Shown: positions 1-6,189 of the stretch, in pieces
How positions within the stretch are numbered: the stretch's first letter is position 1
Layout: each line of letters opens with the position of its first letter
Source of the DNA: Octopus sinensis
Taxonomy: Eukaryota
Assembly: GCF_006345805.1 (NCBI RefSeq)
Contig: NW_021829264.1
Coordinates: 1-6,767, forward strand
Reading direction: 5' to 3'
Length of the DNA stretch: 6,767 nt
Program-made: the position numbers and the translations under genes
The notes under the pieces: model-generated
Databases searched by the model: none
What the model saw: the letters and a program-made list of their open reading frames with translations, nothing else
What the model was told of the DNA's origin: nothing

Positions 1-140
1 AGTATGTGTGTAATAATTGCTGTAATTAAGTTATTGTGACCTAATTACATTTGTTTTCTTTAATGACCTAATAATTATTATCTCAAGCTGTGTAATGTTT
101 GTTTTTTTCATGTTTTTCTTTCCTCATCCATTACTTTCAG

Positions 141-177
141 CCAACGCCATGGTGTTGTGTCTGTGATGCTGAACAAG
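141..177 (+). other. Possible 37-nt internal host exon (micro-exon)
   Basis: A pyrimidine-rich tract (~97-137) ends in TTTCAG at 135-140. It is followed by 37 nt of higher GC and then AAG|GTTAGT (GT at 178-179), a good 5' splice-site match. Two frames are open (xQRHGVVSVMLNK or PTPWCCVCDAEQ). No homolog recognised. Confidence 0.35.
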
Positions 178-452
178 GTTAGTTAATAAATATATCTTAT
201 ATACACTCTCCAGTATCTTATTGATCTGTATAATATAAATATTACCAATGTACCAGTAAAATAATGGGAATATATTTAATCACATGTACTACAAAACACT
301 TGGGTTTGTGGAGGAATTGTATATTGATCATGTTGATGTTGATATTAGCGGTGTTGACTGTCCAACTGACCACCACCACTGATAATAATATCTTTAATGG
401 TCAAATAAAACAAGGTCATTATGAGATGAAACAAAATATAACAGATATCATG

Positions 453-488
<36 letters not shown>

Positions 489-506
489 AAGAGAGATAGA
501 TATATA
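453..506. repeat. Compound (TA)n-(GA)n microsatellite
   Basis: (TA)n at 453-472, (GA)n at ~473-496, then TATATA directly before the SINE. Confidence 0.95.
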
Positions 507-877
507 GGCGCAGGAGTGGCTGTGTGGTAAGTAGCTTGCTTACCAACCACATGGCTTCGGGTTCAGTCCCACTGCGTGGCATCTTGGGCAAGTGTCTTCT
601 GCTATAGCCTCAAATCGACCAAAGCCTTGTGAGTGGATTTGGTAGACGGAAACTGAAAGAAGCCTGTCGTATATATGTATATATATATGTATGTGTATGT
701 ATATGTTTGTGTGTCTGTGTTTGTTCCCCTAGCATTGCTTGACAACCGATGCTGGTGTGTTTACGTCCCCGTCAAAAGAGACCAATAGAATAAGTACTGG
801 GCTTACAAAGGATAAGTCTGGGGGTCGATTTGCTCGATTAAAGGCGGTGCTCCAGCATGGCCGAGTAAATGAATAAA
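507..877 (+). mobile_element. tRNA-derived SINE, near full length (CORE-type; resembles octopus OR-family SINEs)
   Basis: GGCGCAGG head, A box TGGCTGTGTGG (517-527), B box GGTTCAGTCCC (560-570), CORE-like CTTGGGCAAGT (583-593), internal TA/TG microsatellite (~670-720), 3' tail GGCGGTGCTCCAGCATGGCCG and an A-rich end. ATATATA lies on both sides. A homologous inverted copy is at 886-1264. The family name is from recall only. Confidence 0.9.
517..570 (+). promoter_or_regulatory. RNA polymerase III internal promoter (A and B boxes) of the SINE
   Basis: TGGCTGTGTGG fits the A box pattern TRGCnnARYGG loosely. GGTTCAGTCCC is close to the B box pattern GGTTCGAnnCC. Spacing is tRNA-like. Confidence 0.75.
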
Positions 878-885
878 TATATATA

Positions 886-1264
886 TTGTTTTAGGCATTT
901 GACTGCGGCCATGCTGGGGCATCACCTTGAATTTTTAGTCTACTGTATCGATCCCAGTACTTTTAACATTTTAAGCGTATCACTTATCCTCTCAGCCTTT
1001 TTCTGAACCACTACACACACACACACAAACATTCACTAACACACACATACACACACAAACACTCACTCACACACACATACATAGGCACACACATAGACAC
1101 CTGTTATTAAGCTTCTTTCTGTTTTCATTTACCAAATCCACTTATCAGATTTTGTTCAGCCCTAGGTAAGAGTGGAATCTACTTGCCTGAGTTTCCATGC
1201 AGAGGGATTCAACGTGGAACTGTGTATGGTTGGGAAAAAAGCTCCTTACACTACAACCATATAT
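886..1264 (-). mobile_element. Older, diverged copy of the same SINE family in inverted orientation
   Basis: The reverse complement is collinear with 507-877: TGGTTGTAGTGTAAG (degenerate A box), CCCAACCA, GTTGAATCCC (B box), CAGGCAAGT, AGTGGATTTGGTAAATGAAAACAGAAAGAAGC, a TG microsatellite (CA run ~1013-1100 on +), AAGTACTGGGATCGAT, and the tail CCCCAGCATGGCCGCAGTCAAATG. Confidence 0.85.
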
Positions 1265-1318
1265 GGATGTGTGTGTCTATGTATTTCTATATATTTATAT
1301 ATCTATCTATCTTTATAT

Positions 1319-1383
<65 letters not shown>

Positions 1384-1464
1384 GTATGTTTTCGCAAACG
1401 CATGAATTCACAGGCACAAACACTCACACAAATGCACAAGTATATATATATATATGTATGTATG

Positions 1465-1495
<31 letters not shown>

Positions 1496-1501
1496 ATAAT
1501 A
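1265..1501. repeat. Compound (TA)n/(TATG)n microsatellite
   Basis: Long TA runs at ~1314-1370 and ~1441-1495 with TATG blocks. These explain the YI-repeat ORFs in the ORF track. Confidence 0.95.
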
Positions 1502-1885
1502 ATATTAGGGAGTAAAACTCCAAACTTACAGGGAATATTCAATTTAGTATTAAATCAAATTTCTCAATGTAAATATATATATATATAAATAAATAAGAGA
1601 AAAACCATTATTATGCAATTCAAACAATGATAGACATAAACCAAATCATAAGAAAAAATAAAATATACTATAAAATATATAACTAGATCACAAAAAGTAT
1701 AAAAATGAATAAATATATATAGTAAGTAAAAAGACTACGTACGTTTCATGGCTAGAATTTAAATTCTAATTAAATTAAACTTTAATTTAATCAAAAGACA
1801 ATTCAATTTGAAAGTATAGTAACTCCTCAGGTCAACAATAATTGCAATAATAGTTAAATAAATAATTAAATTGAATTAAACAATA
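1502..1885 (-). mobile_element. Probable Penelope-like element pseudo-LTR fragment (non-coding, HHR-bearing)
   Basis: A very AT-rich non-coding segment containing a minus-strand HHR motif with a palindromic helix III loop, a known Penelope-like element signature. Its 3' end (GGAGTTTTACTCCCTAATATT) runs directly into (TA)n. Boundaries are approximate. Confidence 0.6.
1733..1833 (-). ncRNA. Type I hammerhead ribozyme motif with long stem-loop II (possibly degenerate)
   Basis: Minus strand reads GAC(1833-1831) CTGAGGA(1830-1824) [76-nt stem-loop II] GAAA(1747-1744) C-GTAC-G TA^ GTC(1735-1733). All core bases are present, the NUH triplet is GUA, and stem I is GAC/GTC. The base of stem II (GTTACTA/TAGCCAT) has 2 mismatches. 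Confidence 0.7.
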
Positions 1886-3065
1886 TTTATAAAAGAAGCA
1901 TAGTTTCCTAGTCCCTTGTTCTGAAGGTTCTCAGAATCCAGCCAGCCATATGCCTGCACACTGCAACCATATTGGCGATATGGATATGAAACTAGGTATT
2001 GTTGCTTATATCAATCCAAGATCATGCTCCGTATGTGATTTTGGCTCATACAATTCACTTAGACACGCCACATTTTATTGCTGTTTTCGTGGAGAGGGCT
2101 CTGTTGGTTGCTACAGCCTGGTCTCTTTCTTTTAAGAAGTCATGCAACCACTCTCTGAGGTTTCCAGTTATGCCAGGTCTTATTAGTTTGTGACTTATCG
2201 TCACATGATCAACCTTACCAAAGGCCACGTTAGAGCGATTTTTTAACTGTATCACCACCTAGTCACTGTACTGCAAAATCTGTTTAAGGCAGCTTCTTCC
2301 AGAGTGAGAGCCATTGCCGGGTGTCAGGAAACAAGTAGATACCTTCAAGGAACGCAATTAGTTTCTTCCTGACAATGTGCTCCACGATTTTGCTGACATG
2401 GCTGGTTAGAGAGACAGCTTTATACTTTTTAGCATTTGCTGTTACCTTCTTTATAAATAGGGCATATTATTCCTTACTTTAACCTTTTGGAAAGTCTTTC
2501 TGATGCAATGAAGATCTGGAAGAGAATCCGAAGTAGTCTTGCTAGAACCCCTTTGTATTTCTTTAGGAAGATTGCTGGGAATCCATCAGAGCCTGTGAAT
2601 GAGTTTGAGCTCACTTCAACAATGGCTGATATCACATCCGTTTCCTCTATTTTGATGCTATCAATAATAGTCATTTCTTTGTGTAGAGCTGTGGAGCCAA
2701 AGAATCATTCAGGCGTAACTACTTGCAAGTGTCCCAAGGGAGTGGTAAAACACTCTTGTATTGCACATTGAGTATTTCACTGATCCTCTGGGGGTCTGTA
2801 GTTGGCGAGCCATTTTCTTCGACTAATGGCCTTATTTTATACTATACTGGTGCACACCTTTTTGCATATCCATAGAAGAATTTAGGGTTTGTCTTAATAT
2901 TTTTGACAGCCCTGGCTTCCTTTTCTGCCCTATCCTTTTCAAGAGAGTATTTGAGTTCACTTTCGATCTCGAGCATTGTTTGTTTGAGACGGGATCGTTT
3001 GTTATCCTTTAGCGACCCCTTTAGACGATTTGAGATTTTTGCTCGTTGTCTCCTAAGTAAATAAT
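1886..3065 (-). pseudogene. Degenerate non-LTR retrotransposon (CR1/L2/Jockey-group LINE) ORF2 fragment: linker plus reverse transcriptase
   Basis: Minus-strand translation across stops and frameshifts gives NIKTNPKFFYGYAK, GSDGFPAIFLKK, IICPIYK, KYKAVSLTSHVSKIVEHIV, GRSCLKQ, AFGKVDH, GITGNLREWLHDFLKERDQAV, CGVSK, DLG, MAGWILRTFRTRD. These are typical CR1-group ORF2 motifs in the correct order. Confidence 0.9.
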
Positions 3066-3099
3066 CTACATAATTCCTCGTCTCTTTAATATAGAACTG

Positions 3100-3150
3100 T
3101 AGTGCCCCAGCATGGTCACAGCTCGTGAGCTGAAACAAGATAAAATTTTA
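3100..3150 (+). mobile_element. Isolated 3' tail of a related SINE or its partner LINE (severely 5'-truncated)
   Basis: GTGCCCCAGCATGGTCAC matches the SINE tails at ~847-863 (+) and ~906-923 (-). It is followed by the hairpin CAGCT-CGTG-AGCTG (3119-3132) and an A-rich end. Confidence 0.7.
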
Positions 3151-3160
3151 AAAAATAAAA

Positions 3161-3226
3161 AATATATATATATATACATATATATATGCATTCTTATATA
3201 GATATATATATATATATATATATATA
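3161..3226. repeat. Interrupted (TA)n microsatellite, left flank of the HHR array
   Basis: TA runs interrupted by TACA and ATGCATTCTTATAT (3186-3199). Confidence 0.9.
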
Positions 3227-3294
3227 TTTCAACAATTGAGGGTAGACTATATGAGAGAGGTTTCAACAATTGAGGGTAGACTATATGAGAGAGG
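3227..3294 (+). repeat. Perfect 34-bp tandem duplication at the 5' junction of the array
   Basis: TTTCAACAATTGAGGGTAGACTATATGAGAGAGG occurs at 3227-3260 and 3261-3294. Confidence 0.95.
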
Positions 3295-3706
3295 TTTTCT
3301 TTAAGTATTAGAAATAGTTTTTAAAAAGTTTTCTTTGGCTCTTTTCTAATGAGTTCAGTATGCGGCAAGTAATTTATTTTACTAAGCCCTTTATATAATG
3401 TAATAATTTGAATTCGCCTTAATGTCCTTTTGCATACTGAATACTTGGTGAAATTGATTAATTAATTAATTTTACCCTCAATTGTTGAAATTATAATTCA
3501 TCTCTCTCTATATAGCCGGGATTTTACCGAAAAAAGCATAGTGTTTACTGATTTTAACCCACGCTGGTGGAAAGGGGAGAGCAGAAATTCTCGCTTGCAT
3601 ATTTGGGTTTGTTGGCACTGTAGTTACGAGCAGATCTTCTGACAGCGAGAGGAAGCCGAAAGGGTATGCTCCATTTCAGTGTTTTCAAATCCAAACCAGG
3701 GAGTTC

Positions 3707-3756
3707 TGAGCTATGATAGAAATGTCGTGTTGACTATCTTGAAACGTACGTTCTCA
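3707..3756 (+). ncRNA. Type I hammerhead ribozyme motif, copy 1 (core missing one G)
   Basis: TGAG CT-ATGA TAGAAATGTCGTGTTGACTATCTT GAAA C GTAC G TT^ CTCA. Same position in the unit as copy 2. The G of CUGAUGA is absent, either a mutation or a sequencing indel. Predicted cleavage is after 3752. Confidence 0.6.
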
Positions 3757-4251
3757 AATAACCTTTGCACTTGATTTTTAATGTCTCTACCCCCATATTT
3801 GCGTGAGTTGAATTGAGCAAAAACTATATGAGAGAGGTTTTCTTTAATATTAGAAATAGTTTTAAAAAAGTTTTCTTTGGCTGCTATTTCTAATGAGTTC
3901 AGTATGCGGCAAAGTAATTATTTTACTAAGCCCTTTATATAATGTAATAATTTGAATTCGCCTTAAATGTCCCTTTGCATACTGAATACTTGGTGAAATT
4001 GTTAAGTAATTAATTTTACCCTCATTGTTGAAATATAAATCATCTCTCTATATATGCCGCGGATTTTACCGAAAAAAGCATAGTGTTTACTGATTTTAAC
4101 CCACGCTGGTGGAAAGGGGAGAGCAGAAATTCTTCGCTTGCATATTTGGGTTTGTGTGGCACTGTTAGTTACGAGCAGATCTTCTGAAGCGAGAGGAAGC
4201 CGAAGGGTATGCTCCCACTTTCAGTGTTTTCAAATCCAAACCAGGGAGTTC

Positions 4252-4299
4252 TGAGCTGATGATAGAATGTCGTGACTAATCTTGAAACGTACGTTCTCA
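4252..4299 (+). ncRNA. Type I hammerhead ribozyme motif, copy 2 (intact core)
   Basis: TGAG(4252-4255) CTGATGA(4256-4262) stem-loop II(4263-4283; AGA/TCT and GTC/GAC pairs) GAAA(4284-4287) C-GTAC-G TT^ CTCA(4296-4299). Stem I is TGAG/CTCA, NUH is GUU, predicted cleavage is after 4295. The first position of stem II is a non-canonical U.U. Confidence 0.8.
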
Positions 4300-4493
4300 A
4301 ATAACCTTTGCACTTGATTTTTAATGTCTCTACCCCCATATTTGCGTGAGTTGAATTGAAGCAAACACTATATGAGAGAGGTTTTCTTTAAGTATTAGAA
4401 TAGTTTTAAAAAAGTTTTCTTTGGCTGCTATTTCTAATGAGTCAGTATGCGGCAAAGTAATTTTTTCTAAGCCCTTTATATAATGTAATAATT

Positions 4494-4574
4494 ATTATAT
4501 ATATATATATATATATTATATATACATATATATAATGCATTCTTATATGTACATATATATATATATATATATAT
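4494..4574. repeat. Interrupted (TA)n microsatellite, right flank of the HHR array
   Basis: TA runs interrupted by TACA and ATGCATTCTTATAT (4535-4548), the same interruptions as in the left flank. Confidence 0.9.
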
Positions 4575-5160
4575 TGCGCGTAACCCGTAAGGACACTGAC
4601 AGTTCAGATTATAAAATATTGAATCTGATTTCGACATTAAATAAAATGAAAGTTTATTTTATGATGATTCAGTTAAATATTTCAATTTGTACGTGTCATG
4701 AAAGGTGTGGTTTACAACCTCATGGTTTAGGTTTTAGAAATAGAACTTTCAGGGTAAATTTGAATTCTAGTAACAGCATTTATTTGTGGTATATGTGCAC
4801 ACGTCTACAAAAATGCAAAAGGAATTTTTAAATAACGTGTATATAAAATTAAAGGGAAATATTTTCCCGGAGTATTTTCCCATTATGCACTGTTTTGGCT
4901 ATTTATGAAGGTACCCCCAATAACCGCCTATCTCGAGAATCCGTGGTACGATTCATGCGAAACTTGTTTTTTTTCCGTTTGTATTTACATTTCAGGTGTA
5001 CCTTACTTTCAGAGCATTTTCCCATTATGCGCCGGTCTGACTATTAAATAACAGACAAGTATGCACGTATGTACACAAACAAAACCGGCGAAACTACGGA
5101 CAAATTGCTACTTTTTAAACAAATTTTCAACATATACCTCTAAGCGGATGTGGTTTCAGA

Positions 5161-5760
5161 ATATATAGGGATTTATGGGAAATAGTTTTTTTTCCAGCGT
5201 GGAGGGAGAGGAGGTTCGAAAAATTCAAACAATGAGACTTCTCCATAACTTTCAGAAAAATGGATATCATTTAATGGAATTTTATACAAATACCTTTCAA
5301 AGGAGATAGATTACGATTCTAATGAAATTCGCAGGGAAAATATTTTCCGAGGGGATGGGGAGAGGATTTTCGAAAAACGGAGTTTCGGTCCAGAAAGACC
5401 AAATATGTTGGAACTACTCCGTTTTGACGGGCATTTCTCGACCTGTTTTTTAAAAACCACGGTCTTGGAATTGATGTGGGCGGGGAACATCTTTTTATGA
5501 AAACAAAATGTTTAAAAATATTTTATACACACCCCAACCTTTTTCAATCCCATTCCAACCGATTTTGGCCAATTTGTTGCACTTCAAAACGATGGGAGGA
5601 ACTTTTTGGTAAAATAGAATTGAAAAAATTCAGAGGAAAGTGAGTGAATTAAGAGATATTTGACAGTTGCTTCTAGCACATCTCAAAACAGCCCTGCTCT
5701 TTTCTTTCTCACTCTCAAGTGAATTTATGCTTTTCTATATCCTTCTTCCCCATAAATACA
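5161..5760 (+). repeat. Left arm of a long diverged inverted repeat
   Basis: Collinear reverse-complement anchors: TATATAGGGATTTAT 5162-5176/6751-6765; TATACAAATACC 5283-5294/6631-6642; AAGACCAAATA 5395-5405/6524-6534; ATGGGAGGA 5592-5600/6345-6353; AGCACATC 5675-5682/6260-6267. Confidence 0.85.
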
Positions 5761-5929
5761 TTTATATGCTACAAAAAATTTGAAACAATATGATTTTTTA
5801 AAAACCCTCTCCCTAACCAGATTGTCTCTATAAATTAAAATTCTGGAGAACCTGAGAAGGTCATTGCTGGCATTTATCCACACTGATTATAAAACAGTGT
5901 TCTGCAAACGATAATTCATTTTAATAGCA

Positions 5930-6163
5930 TACTTTTCAGTTAGAAAATATTCTTCTTACACACACAGCTTCGCTTAATTGAGGTGGGGACAAGAAACAAA
6001 ATTACAAATTTTTAGTTGCTTATATTCCACCAACGAACCACGCCTACTTTTCAGTTAGAAAATGTTTTTTTTCTTACATGCACACGGCTTCGTTGATTGA
6101 GGTGGGGGTAAAAATTAACATTACAATGTTTTGTTGTTCCTATATCCCATCAACAGACGACAT
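5930..6163 (+). repeat. Diverged 2 x ~115-bp tandem duplication in the inverted-repeat spacer
   Basis: TACTTTTCAGTTAGAAAAT at 5930 and 6045. Both copies continue with GCTTCG..ATTGAGGTGGGG..ATTACAA..TATAT.CCA.CAAC. Confidence 0.9.
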
Positions 6164-6189
6164 GTATGTTACTTCGGCAACATCATTCC

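Larger units (their letters stand above)
3281..4493 (+). mobile_element. 2.2-copy head-to-tail array of a 543-544-bp non-coding unit with one hammerhead per full unit (retrozyme or Penelope pLTR-like)
   Basis: CTATATGAGAGAGGTTTTCTTTAA starts at 3281, 3824 and 4368. The copies are near-identical and differ mostly by 1-nt indels. The third copy stops at ~4493. HHR motifs lie at 3707-3756 and 4252-4299. The tandem repeat is certain; the element class is inferred. Confidence 0.8.

Noticed and set aside
264-473. 69-aa ORF with a hydrophobic, signal-peptide-like stretch
   Set aside because: Low-complexity TTGA-rich sequence ending in a TA microsatellite, with no recognisable homology.
507-580. tRNA gene
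   Set aside because: A and B boxes are present but there is no complete cloverleaf, and the sequence continues into a SINE body and tail.
1183-1523. Three overlapping ORFs rich in YI repeats
   Set aside because: Artefacts of stop-free (TA)n/(TATG)n microsatellites.
1886-3138. Functional reverse transcriptase that could mobilise the neighbouring HHR array
   Set aside because: Multiple stops, frameshifts and loss of catalytic motifs. It is CR1-group rather than Penelope-type, so the adjacency is probably coincidental. The + strand ORFs here are antisense shadows.
3227-3294. CRISPR-like 34-bp direct repeats
   Set aside because: Only two abutting copies, no spacers, no cas genes, and a eukaryotic context.
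3281-4493. LTR retrotransposon/TRIM, or protein-coding content in the 543-bp unit
   Set aside because: Copies are directly head-to-tail with no internal domain, PBS or TG..CA ends, and the unit has no credible ORF.
4535-4831. 98-aa ORF
   Set aside because: Starts within a microsatellite, is AT-rich, and has no recognisable domain.
4849-4856. TTAAAGG as a Kolobok/Crypton-type element terminus
   Set aside because: Too short to be significant in AT-rich DNA, and the matching other end would lie outside the window.
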